Shown here piece after piece: positions 24,560 to 36,299 of a stretch of DNA of 64,000 nucleotides. The position numbers were made by a program, and so were the translations under genes. The notes under the pieces are model-generated. The model had not been told where the DNA came from, did no database searches, and was given only the letters and a program-made list of their open reading frames with translations. Origin of the DNA: Gracilinanus agilis. Its lineage: Eukaryota. The first letter of the stretch is position 1, and each line of letters opens with the position of its first letter. The stretch lies in assembly GCF_016433145.1 (NCBI RefSeq), contig NC_058131.1, positions 291,075,486 through 291,139,485 of the forward strand. Direction: 5' to 3'.

Positions 24560-27480
24560 CCCCTTGGATTCCCATTCTTTGACACCTAAAAAAGAACAAT
24601 AATCATTTTTTTACCTTCTTAGAATTTGTTTCACTTAGGACTAATCCTTCCTTTAATCTGCCCACCCTCTAATTTCTCCTTTCCTAATTCTTCCTGTTCC
24701 CTCCTATTTTTCTATTGAGTAAAATATATTTGTTCCCAAATGTGTGTGTATTCTTCCTTCATTTGACCAGTTAAGATGAGAGTGAAGTTTAAGTGTTAGC
24801 TACTGTCCCCCAAATCCCTTTTCCTTATTTATGTAGTAGATGTTTACCCTATATACCTTAATTACATGAGATAATTTTCCTCCAACTTTCCTTCTACCCC
24901 GTGGCCACCCCTCCCCCATGTCTTCCTCTTCCTATCTCTTTCCATTCTCTTCTTAATATCATCAAGGTATAACAATCATTCCCAGGTCTTATCTAATTGG
25001 ACTCCCTCTATGAACCCTGATGATTATAGGGTTCAGAGTGGACACATATATCATCTCTCCCATATTTGAATGTAAGTAGTTTATATTTATTTATTACTTT
25101 ATTATTATTCATTCATATTTACCTTTTAATGTTTCCCTTCATTTCTGTCTTTGAATTTCAAAGTTTCTCCACAACTCAGGAATGGTTGGAAATCCTCTGT
25201 TTCATTAAAGTTCAATTTCTCCCCTGTAGCTTTATATTCAGTTTTGTTAGGTATTCTTGTCCATAAGCCTAATATAGCCTTCTAGAATATAGCATTCAGA
25301 GCTCTTTGCTTCTTCATAGTGATAATAATCAAAATAATGATACTAATAATGTTTAGAATTTATATAGTGCTTACAATGGGCCAGACATGGTGCTAAACAC
25401 TATATATTATCTCATTTGATCCTCACAACAACACAGCTAACTAGGTGTTATTATTATCCTCATTTTACATTTGAGAAAACTCAGACAGTGGATAAATGAC
25501 TTACCTAAGGTAAAAACAGCTAGTAAGTGTCTGGGGCGGGATTTGAACTCAATCTTAATGACTCAAAACCCACTGCTCTATCCATTGTTCCATCTAGCTG
25601 TCTCTAGATGGCTGCTAAATCACATGTGATCCTTACTGTGGCTCCACAGGACTTGAATTCTTTCTTTCTTGCTGCATGCCGTATTTTTACTTTGACCCAG
25701 AAGAGATGGATTTTGGCTCTAATGTTCCTGGACGTATTTTTTTGGTGGTAGGGAGTGTGATTCTTTTAGGATGTGCCTGGTGTATTCTTTTTCCACTTAG
25801 CTTTCTAGTTCTAAAAAATCTGGGCATTTGTCTTAATAGGTTTTTTTGGAAATATAGTCTGGGCCCCTCTTTTGGTCATGATATTCAGATAGTCCTGTTA
25901 TTCTTAATTTTTTCCCCTCCTTGATCTGTTTTCCAGTTCAGTTGTTTTTGTTCTGAGCTACCTTTACATTTTCATCTATTTTTTCAGTCTTTCGACTTTG
26001 TTTTACTATTTCTTGTTGCTTCATTGAGTGTATTTTTCAGTTTGTTGTTTCAGCAAGGTTTTATATCCCTTGTGCCATGCTGTTAATTCCCTTTCTAATT
26101 TTTTCTTCTATTGCCCTTATTTCTTTCCAATTTTTTCCTTAAATGGTCTATTCTATTTGTAAAAGCATCTTTAAATTACTTTTTAAAACTCATTCTTCAT
26201 GTCATTCCAGGGATTCTAATTGAGTTTGTGTTTAAGCTGTTTTTTTTTTTTTGTTTTGTTTTGTTTTTTTTAACCCTTGTACTTCGGTGTATTGTCTCAT
26301 AGGTGGAAGATTGGTAAGGGTGGGCAATGGGGGTCAAGTGACTTGCCCAGGGTCACACAGCTGGGAAGTGGCTGAGGCTGGGTTTGAACCTAGGACCTCC
26401 TGTCTCTAGGCCTGACTCTAAGCTGTTTTTTTCTCTAAGGCATTCATTGATTGTAGAAGTTCTAGAGTTAGTCTCTTCTTGTGCGTTTCTGTCATCATGA
26501 TATCTCATTATGTTGGGTTCTTTTTTTGTTTATTTATTTGCTTATTTTTTGAGCCTATTTCCTGACTTTATATTTTATGTTAGATCTGGACTCTGTGGTA
26601 CTTCTGGAGGGAAGGTCTGGACTAATCCTGTTCCTACTTTCTTAGGACTTTGAGTGTTGTATTTTCTAGGATCTTAAGGACAGGCTGAGGACTTACAAAA
26701 AAGGTCTGATGCAGGGCACAGTCTGATTGCTGCCCATTTAGTCTGAGTTTTTTAAATTTCTGCTGACCTAGGTTTGGGTCTTTGCAGGAGATGACTACTG
26801 CTGAACTCTGCCCGTCAGCCATCTAAAAAGCTCATTCAGAGTGGCAGAAATGTGGATTCCCCTTTGGTCTGGGATTCCTGCTTTGCTTATCTCTCCTCAC
26901 TTCCTCAGTGAGACCCTACTCTGGGCCTGGGGTCTGATCCACTCTGCTGCCACTGGCTTCTGAACTTCTTTTCTTGGGATACTGTCCAAGGCGTCCCTAC
27001 CTGGGTATACCAGCCATCTGACATGCAGGTCCTCTTCTCACTCTGTGTTGGGTTTGTGACCCGGAACTATGTAGCAGGCAACATAACTGCTAATTGGTAC
27101 CTGTCTCTCCATTGTGGTTCCCAGTTATGGGTCTGGTGGAGCCCTATTTTCTGGGTCCTATTCTTGCCCTTGTTTTCCCCTGGGTATTGGAATGTTCTAC
27201 CTTGAGCCAGTGTCTGCAGATCTCTGTCTATCCACCTATTTTCTGCTTGGTTGGGTAAATGACTTGTGATTTTTTTCTGGATTTCCACATCAGGATTTGC
27301 ATTTTCTATATCTGTTTGGAGGAATTTGGACACGGGAGCCTGCCATAGTGCCTCCCTATCACTCCTCTGTCTTGGTTCTTCCTTAAACTATCCTCCTGAG
27401 TCCCTTTCCCTTATTTCTTTTTCCTATTGCCAACTTCAGTCCACCACCTAGGATACTTTCCCCCTTTCTTTCCTGTTTCT
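24560..27480 (-). mobile_element. Old L1 5' portion (5' region + ORF1), interrupted by MIR and SINE
   Basis: Minus-strand LRITGLSEYHDQKRG (ORF1 LRIIGLPE motif) at ~25870-25915; flanking sequence is L1-like; boundaries approximate. Confidence 0.6.
26246..26418 (-). mobile_element. SINE1_Mdo-type SINE with TSD
   Basis: GGCAATGGGGGTCAAGTGACTTGCCCAGGG core; TSD TAAGCTGTTTTTT at 26233-26245 and 26419-26431. Confidence 0.85.
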
Positions 27481-28731
27481 CTCCAGCTGTTTGATTACTC
27501 AGATGAGTAGTCTGAGACTACTCAGGGCTTAGATGAGATAAAAAAAAATTGCATTCCTCCTGATGAGATGGAGTATCACCAGGCCTTTTATCTACTCTGC
27601 CACTTTCTTCTGTGATCCTTTATGTCTTGATGTCTGCCCTAAAGCAGTGTGTACTCTCTCTCCTCAGTTTATGTAACCTAGAGAGTTCTGGGCTTTGCCA
27701 TCTGCCCATGCCACCTTGGGCCTTCTGGGCCTTTATGCCTGCCCTATACTTAAAACTTTTTTTTAATGTGTTACCTTCCTCTTTTAGAGTGTGAGTGTCT
27801 TGAGAACAGGAACTGCCTTGATTTTTCAGTTTGAATCCCCTTCTATTAGTATAGTTTTTGACACAATAAATACTTAGTAATTGCATTTTCATTCATTCAT
27901 TATGTTTCAAGAAACTTTATGCCAAAAAACAAGCTGCCAATCACCATAATATTATTTATTACAATTATTATTTGTTGTAACAAAAATGAAAATTATAAAT
28001 CTTAACAGTAAAACTATTTATTACATTATTTTTATTATTTAAGATTGTTATAAAATTATAATAAATTAGTTCTATTTGAGTAAAACACATGCTAAGATAA
28101 TTATTTGCATAGATTGTTTTTGGAAAAATGAGAGAGAGCAGCAACAATTTCTCCCCCAAAACAAAGGGCATCATTGTAAAATTTGGAAACCACTGTTGTA
28201 ACTCAAAGACATAGTTGGAGACTAAATTCTGACTTGAGTGCTTATCCTCTAAGAATTATTCTAAAGTAGGATCTTTTGGGTGAAATAGCTGGAAAGAAAA
28301 GAAATAATTCTTGAATATAGGAACTTGAGAGTTTAAAAAAGTTTGATTAAAATGTTCTCCCCAATCATTTGACCTGAGAATTCTGCAACATGACTTCTGA
28401 GACTGACAAAACCTTATGACGAGGATGCATAGTTTTGGGACTTACTTGTTTTATATGCTCTGAAGACTGACCTAGTCCTCTGAGTTTCATTCTGTATTCT
28501 AGTCTGAGGAAGGATATTTTAGCATAGTTTATTCCAAACTGAATAGTCATTATATCTTTAATGAAGTTCTTTCCTGGAACTTAGATTTCTAGGACCACCA
28601 AACTATTGGTAAGGGAACTTTTAAAAGAAAAGCAGAAGAATCCAAATTGTGAAGAATATAGAGAACTCTTCAGAAAGGCCTAAATAATACTGAATACTTT
28701 TTATTTCCTTAGGTGCAGGGGCAGGATAATA

Positions 28732-29545
28732 ATGTAAACTAAGGCATTAATTCTATGGAACTTATGTCTCTCTTTCCCCCAAAGGAGAGCAAATTCTTTG
28801 GGGTGCCAAGACCCTTAGAAACCTTTATTCTACTTTCCCAGAACCAAGAGATGACTGAGAGATATGATGCCTTAAAATCAAGATAATATTTATTAGGAAA
28901 GGACATATATGTGCATGGTAGAAAACTGTTCTAGTATCAATAAGCACTTAATAATTGACCAGTAGCTACTTTTTAATTCTTAGTGAAGGGAGGTGGGAAA
29001 GGGCTAGAAGGGGCTGATCCAAGGAGGGAACTGGAGTGGTATAGGCAGAGAGTTCTCAGGGGACAATGGTAACAGATTGCTATGTGCAAGGGCAAACAAA
29101 AATATCTATGATACATATTTTTTGGGTGCAGTAACATTGTTTAGCATGATATCAAGCATGAACAGATCAGTTCTCATACTTGGGAATACAATGTGGCATA
29201 GAATAGCAACACTCGCAGATGCCTTGTCCAGGTTAAATGTAACAAGGAGTAATACCGAAATAGCTCAATTAGAGATAAAGAGTCTTATATCAGGAATAAA
29301 AGCTCTGTAATCAGAGATACCATGTCTGAAATTAGATATGTTTATTAAAGCACACGGACTTTTGGCTAGCTCCTTCCAGAGAGACTGTGAGAATTGGTAT
29401 GGAATTAGGGATTGGCAGGTGGACTTCAGCCAGGCAGTAATTTTCAGACAGTTTCTTCAGGTTAATCTGGGTCCCAAAGATAGTCAGTTTTTGCAACTCA
29501 CTCTCATGTAAATTGAGTCAGTCTTACACATTTTCATCACACATA
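28732..29545. mobile_element. LTR-like sequence (possibly two nested LTRs)
   Basis: TGTAAAC start, internal TGTAAC start at ~29238, minus-strand AATAAA motifs, ends ...CACACA; boundaries uncertain. Confidence 0.4.
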
Positions 29546-30825
29546 GAAAGTCATCTGTAGCATATCAAGATAACGGACATAGTAGTAATCATTGGTGTGT
29601 CCTTCTTTGGACATCTTCTCTGTCTGTAATAATGAGCTCTTTAAAAAAAATAAACAAAACCCTTCCCTTCCATTTTAGAAACAATATTGTGGATTGGTTC
29701 CAAGGCAGAAGAGCAAATCAAGAGCTAGGCAAAAGGGGGTCAGGTGACTTGCCTAGGGTTACACAGTCACAAAGAATCTGAGGTCAAATTTGAACCCAAG
29801 ACTTCCTGTCTCTAGGCCTAGCTCTCAATCCACTGAATTACCTAGCTACTTCTAGTATGAGCTTTTGATTTGTTCATACATTAAACAGTAGAAAATGAAT
29901 TAAGAGAAGTATTATCCCGTTCTATGGCTTTTATTTAGCATTACTAGGGGAGCAAACCCCAAATTCTTTATAAGTCAATAGCAGATACAGATATAACTCT
30001 CACTTCTTCTCTCATACTTTTTTCATAATTAATGAAATTACCTTACTCAAATACATTTTGAATATATTTATATCTAAATATGTTTTTTCTCCGATAGAAT
30101 AAGCTTCTTGATTTTTGTCTTTGTGTCCCATTGCTTTACACAGTTCTAGGCACGAAGTAGGAACATAATAAATGTTTTTAATTGACTATTTCCAATCTTG
30201 GAGAAAAATTCTTAGAAATGGGTATGTTATATTAAGATTTTTTTAAAGATTAAAATTATTAGCATCTACTCATAAACACTTTAATTATCCCACATATAAG
30301 ATTTACCCCATTATCAACCTACCCTCTCTCTTCCCAGAATGTATAGTCTATTTCTAAAAGAACACTTGGTATAGTTTTTTGATGTGGTACCAGGGTTAGT
30401 TGTTTGAAGACCATATTTGTAAAGGTGAGTACAAGCATTTTCCCCTTTCTTCTAAACAATACTGTTGAAAATTTGTTAAAAACATCTCTTTAGTTTATAA
30501 TACTTAAAATAATCTTGTTTTAAATTATAAGTAGAAAATTTTATTTTATTTGAATATTGGTAAGTTTTTTACCCAATTATATGATTTATTTCCTTATTTA
30601 TTAATTTTGCATGCATTACTGAAAGTCTTAATGAAATTATCCTTGGTTAGTTACATTCTAAAACCAGTGTTTCCTTTATATGGTAAGGAATTTTGTGGTT
30701 GTTAATGCCTTTTTTTGGCCTATTACAATAATCTTAATGGTATCATGAATTCTTGGTAAGGATATTTCCTCCACAATTGCAAATTGGCAATTGCCTTGAA
30801 TTTATAGTTTTAAAGAGCTGCCTGG

Positions 30826-31194
30826 AGAATGTAATGGACTTCTGTACAGAGCAGCAATGCAATGACCCAGGACAATTCTGAGGGATTTATGGAAAAGAAT
30901 GCTACCCACATTCAGAGGAAGAACTGCAGGAGTGGAAACACAAGAAAAGCAACTGTTTGAACACATGGGTTGAGGTGGACATGATTGGGGATGTAGACTC
31001 GAAACTACCACACCAATGCAACTATCAATAATTTGGAAATAGATCTTGATCAATGACACATGATAAAATCAGTGGAAATGCACACCGGCTATGGGGGGGG
31101 GAGGGGAGGTTGGGGGTGAAGAGGAAAGTAAGAGCATGAATCATGTAACCATGTTAACTTTTCTAAAAAATAAATATTAAAAAAAATTTTTTAA
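30826..31194 (+). mobile_element. 5'-truncated young L1 (3' UTR only)
   Basis: Nearly identical to the 3' end of the L1 at 48267-49033; A-rich tail; 14-bp TSD AAAGAGCTGCCTGG at 30812-30825 and 31195-31208. Confidence 0.93.
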
Positions 31195-31505
31195 AAAGAG
31201 CTGCCTGGCAGCCTGGGAAGTTGTACCTGGCCCAGGATTATACAGCCTGTATATGCCAGACTCAGCATTGGGATCTGGATCTTAATGGCTAAGACCATCT
31301 CTTTATGCACTAGACCATGGCACTTCTCATAACTTAGTGCTGATCCCTTTAGTACTTTAGAATCATAGGACTGAGATGTTAGAAGGAGAAGGGACTTTAG
31401 AAGTTATCTGGTCTAATTCCCTCATTTTACAGATGAGAAAATCAAGGCTGAGAATGTGTAAAGTAACTTATTAAAGAGCACAAATTAGTTATATTGGTAA
31501 TGCTT

Positions 31506-31796
31506 GAGCTTGGGCAGATAGAAATTAATGACTTCACAAGACATCAAGAAATAATAAAACCAAAACAAAAGAATGAAGAAATAGAAGAAAACATAAACTA
31601 TCTCACTGAAAAAACAACTGACCTGGAAAATAGATCTAGGAGAGATAATTTAAGAATTATTGGACTACCTGAAAGTCATGACCAAAAAAAAGCCTAGATG
31701 TCATATTACAAGAAATTATCCAAGAAAACTGCCCCTATATTCTTGAATAAGAGAGTAAAATAGAAATTGAAAGAATCCAAAGATCACCTCCTACAG
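31506..31796 (+). mobile_element. Internal L1 ORF1 fragment flanked by 16-bp direct repeats, no poly(A)
   Basis: TTDLENRSRRDNLRIIGLPESHDQKK...IEIERIQRSPP; TATATTGGTAATGCTT at 31490-31505 and 31797-31812. Confidence 0.9.
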
Positions 31797-31878
31797 TATA
31801 TTGGTAATGCTTAGAATTGGTCACTCTTGGGTAAAGTATTTACTTCTTTATTTCAGTGACATTGACTGTAACTTAAGG

Positions 31879-31988
31879 AAGTTACAGAATTTTTATGACT
31901 CAGAAGTATCCTAATGGTCAGGATGTTTTAAGGAAGATACAGAATTTTTACAACTCAGAAGTATCCTAATGGTCAGGATGTTTTAAGG
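31879..31988. repeat. 55-bp tandem duplication (2 copies)
   Basis: Copies 31879-31933 and 31934-31988 differ at 3 positions. Confidence 0.9.
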
Positions 31989-32791
31989 TTAAGAGACTGA
32001 TTTGTAGATGCCTGGATCAAAGATCTATGGAAGGGCTTCTTATATGATCTTTTGGAATGTACATGAATTATACCAATACAATAGTGGATAGTTGTATATA
32101 AAGCTGATTAATATTGGTGTTCTAGCATCTGGGATGCTTGGACTGCTGATGCCTTGCATATTATTTATACTAGTAAGTAACAACAGAAATGTATTTATTG
32201 AGTCTCTTAAGGAACCAAGAATTGCCAATAGCTAATAGAAAATCCTTCTGTTTCTCAATTCTGGGCAGATTGTCAGTCTAAAGCATCTGTCTAAATGTTT
32301 GTGTAAGTAAGCTTATATATGTATAAATGCACATACATATCTAGTGATAGCTTGGTGACTCAGTGGATAGAGCACTAAACCTATAGTTAGGAAGACCTAA
32401 GTTTAAATCCAGCATTAGACACTTACAAGCTATGTGACTGCTAAAATCACTTAACCTCTGTTTGCCTTAATCCACTGGAGAAGGAAATGGCAATTACTCC
32501 AGTATCCTTCGCTAAGAAAATCTCAGGGATGGTATGGTATATGAGGTCATGAAGAGCTGGGAATGACTGAATGTCTGAACAACACCACATATGATATTGG
32601 TTATGACTAAAAGTTATCTATTTTGGCATTCTGTATTAATGTTTGATTTATGAACTTGGCAGGTAGTTAAAGAGAGTGGCTCCTTTTTTTGGTGAATATT
32701 TTCATGCTTATTAGTTGATACAGAATGGTTAGAATTGTTAGCAATTTAAAATTTTTGGTATTTGGTGAAATAACATAATTTTTTTTTGCAG

Positions 32792-33019
32792 GTTTTTATT
32801 CACAATCCTCATGCACGTAGCCAGCGTCTAAATGTATCTCGTCTTCTCCAAAGCCCCCTTGATTCAGATGTTTCCCTTCTCAACATTAATCAGGCAGTCA
32901 GCTGTCTTACAGCAGGAATCCTGAATCCTGAATTGGGATATGATTCTCTTCTGGTGGGAACCCAGACTAACCTTTTGGCCTATGATGTTTACAACAACTC
33001 AGATTTATTTTACAGAGAG
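32792..33019 (+). CDS. BBS2: BBS2 exon 2
   Basis: Acceptor T-tract-GCAG; [20 protein letters not shown]...NNSDLFYRE (76 aa); non-canonical donor GAG|GCAAGT. Confidence 0.95.
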
Positions 33020-34120
33020 GCAAGTAGTTTATGGTAATTAATTCTCATTACCTATTTATTCACATCACTTTTTAAAATTAAAGATAGAGAGACTGACAAT
33101 AATCTCATTTGTTGTACCCATTCCCTCTTTCATTATCATGTGAATAGAATAGTGAAAGCAGAAGATATGCCAGCAGCAGTGAAAATAACAGATCAAACTG
33201 AGACACTGAGGGAGGAAATAATAAAAATATAAAAAGCAGACTCAAGAACTCAAAAAACCACAGTCCTTAAATGCTAGGGTCAGCAGTCTTATATACCCTC
33301 AGTGGGCCCTGGAGAGCATCGCTCTAGTACTTTGATATCTTGTTTCTTTTAAGGATCTATGATGTCATCAGTGTAATTACTCCCTTCATCTATCAGACTT
33401 TGACCCTCTATACTTCAGTGTAGATAGCATTCATGAATCGTGATGTGTGAGAGATTAGTCAGTCACTCTGAGAGAAACTTAGTGAAGATGCTCTTCCATT
33501 TTAGCTAGGGTTATCCTTGGGCTTATCATAAGGTCTTGTGCTTGAAGCTATTGCAGCCTGGTTGGATTTATTAGACTGTGTTTTATGTTGGCAGAATATT
33601 CCAGAACCCAGGGTTACTTTCATATCACAATGAGGTATTGAAGGAGAATTTGAGTGGATGTTTGCCATAGTATAAAAATTAAAGATCTTAACATCAAGAA
33701 AAGGTTAAATTCTGTTCCTTGTACTCTGTTTAAGAAGGCAGAGAAGTATATAAATACATTTTAGAAAAATTTCCATCCAAAGTGGTTAGATCTTTTTTAA
33801 TTGAATGAATAAAGGAATACAGGCAGCCATCTAGAATGCTTTATTTTCCAGGGGTTCTGATGACCAAGGCTTTACTGTAGCAACCTGTTATAGAGCTTAG
33901 AAAAGAGACTGAGTTTAATCCTGGTGCTATCTTAGGTCTCGAGTAAGCCACTTATTTTCTCTGTCCTGGATTTCCTCATTGACAGTCCTGATCTACACCT
34001 AATACTTTGAACAGCTACTTACTAATAATTATTAGATAATTTGTAGATTGTCCATATAAAATAACGCACATTTAAATGTTGGTTTTGCGTTCAGTGTGAG
34101 TCATTTTACTATTTCTTTAG

Positions 34121-34249
<129 letters not shown>

Positions 34250-34585
34250 TGAAGCTAAAAAAGTTTCCTTTATATACCTATAAGAATTTTGATAAATTAA
34301 AATTTTGGTAAGTTGTCTTCCCTGTGATATTCTTTAAATATTTCATGACTTGTTGGGTTTGGTAGTTACTGGGGAGACTGAGGTTGGGGAATCTTTTGGG
34401 CTCAGGAGTCCTGAGTTGCAATGGACCAAGTCATTTGGGTGTTCACACCAAGTCAGTCCAGTATCAATATAGTGATTCCCCATGAGTGTGGGGCAACTAG
34501 GTTATCTGGGCTAGGTCAGAGATGGAATAAGCCAAAGTTCTTATGCTGCCCCGTGGAACTGGATCTGTGAGTAGCCCCTAGACTC

Positions 34586-34777
34586 CAGTGGTTCCCAAAC
34601 TTTTTTGGCCTACTGCCCCCTTTCCAGAAAAAATATTACTTAGCCCCTTGGAAATTAATTATTAAAAATTTTTAATAGCAATTAATAGGAAAGATAAATG
34701 CACCTGTGGCTATCACTGCTCCCTGGATCGCTGCAGCACCCACCAGGGGGCGGTAGCACACACTTTGGGAATCACTG
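34586..34777 (+). mobile_element. hAT (Charlie-like) MITE
   Basis: TIRs CAGTGGTTCCCAAACT / ACTTTGGGAATCACTG (14/16); 8-bp TSD CCCTAGAC at 34576-34583 and 34778-34785 (2 extra nt on the left). Confidence 0.85.
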
Positions 34778-35404
34778 CCCTAGACTTTTAGCAGGAGGAA
34801 GACAATAAGGAGAATTAGTTTTTATATATGTGTATACTTACATAAAATGTGTGTGTTTACATGTGTGTATATATCTGTATATAAATAAATGTATATGTGT
34901 ATTTGTGCATATATGAAGGTATATTTATGTATCCATAATGTGATGGGATGATAATAACAACACTAGACTTAAGCCAGAAAATTAAATTTTAGTTCTGCCT
35001 CTGCTCTGACCTTGATTTCCTAAGTGGCCATAGGCAAGTCACTTAGCATCATTGAGTCTTAGTTTCTTCACCTATAAAATGGAACCAATAGTAAGTACCT
35101 CTAGTGCCTGCCTCACAGAGTTGTTATGAAAATAAAATGTGTGGGAAATGCTTTTGTAAACCTTAACATTATAAATATCATTGTTGTATGCATCATAATT
35201 GGCCTATTGAGTCAATTGACTCAAACCTGATTACAGTTTATATTTGTTGTTTTCTACATAGAAAAAGAGTCTAACTAGTAACTAGGCTCTTCAGTAAATC
35301 CTCTCATTTCTTTATATAGCAAAAATAGTTTTATTAAATAAGACAAGAAAGAACTGTAATAATCCTTGGTCTTATTTTATAAACAAATATTGGTTTTATT
35401 TTAG

Positions 35405-35467
35405 GTTACTGGAGACAATGTACATTCTTTAGCATTGTGTGACTTTGATGGTGATGGAAAGAAAGAG
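35405..35467 (+). CDS. BBS2: BBS2 exon 4
   Basis: TTTTAG|; [21 protein letters not shown]; |GTATGT. Confidence 0.96.
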
Positions 35468-36176
35468 GTATGTGGGGGAAGAGGCTTTTCTGTGTAGATG
35501 GCTGAAAAATTTTCTTGTAATGTTGACATTAATGTTGTGAGATGAGTATTGTAATTCTGATTTTTTTGTTACCCTGTTAGTAGGTGATAGGCCCCATTTT
35601 ACTTTCTTCCTTATTCTGATCAATTAGATGCCTCGTTATGTCATTTTGAAATATTGGATTAATATATAGTTAAAACCTCAATCACAGAGTTTTATAATGT
35701 GCTTCGATGCCTTGAAAATCAAATTAAAGATTATTCTTAGTTTTGTTCCACTTCTTTTGTCCATCAGAGACTTGAGAAAAACATTAAGATTTATTGTCAG
35801 CCTTTTAAATATCCATGTGTAGAGGAGCCACTTTAGGACTTGAATAATGACCCTCTAACTTGTCCATAGATGTTTAGCTCTGGCTTTGAATGTAGTGATT
35901 CCGTCTATCAGGAGTTGCTGACAAATGAAAAGATCTGACCAGGGATTCTTTTTGGGTGCACATTGTGAGTATGCACCTAAGCTTTTCTTATCCTCCATTT
36001 GTCAGGATTGCTAGGTGGGATTACATGTTTCAGGCCTTGAATTAGAATGGTATTTCGCTTCAGATATGCAGTATGTCATCTTGGAAGGAGTGCCATATGA
36101 AGGGCTATCATAATTTTATTATGTTCCTGTTCCCTGGAAGAATTGAATAAGCCTGTTTTTTTTTTTTTAATTTTAG

Positions 36177-36299
<123 letters not shown>

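Noticed and set aside
32040-32235. Hydrophobic + strand stretch (IKLINIGVLASGMLGLLMPCILFILV) resembling an env transmembrane tail
   Set aside because: No CX6CC or immunosuppressive motif, contains stops, no adjacent LTR/PPT; cannot be supported without a search.
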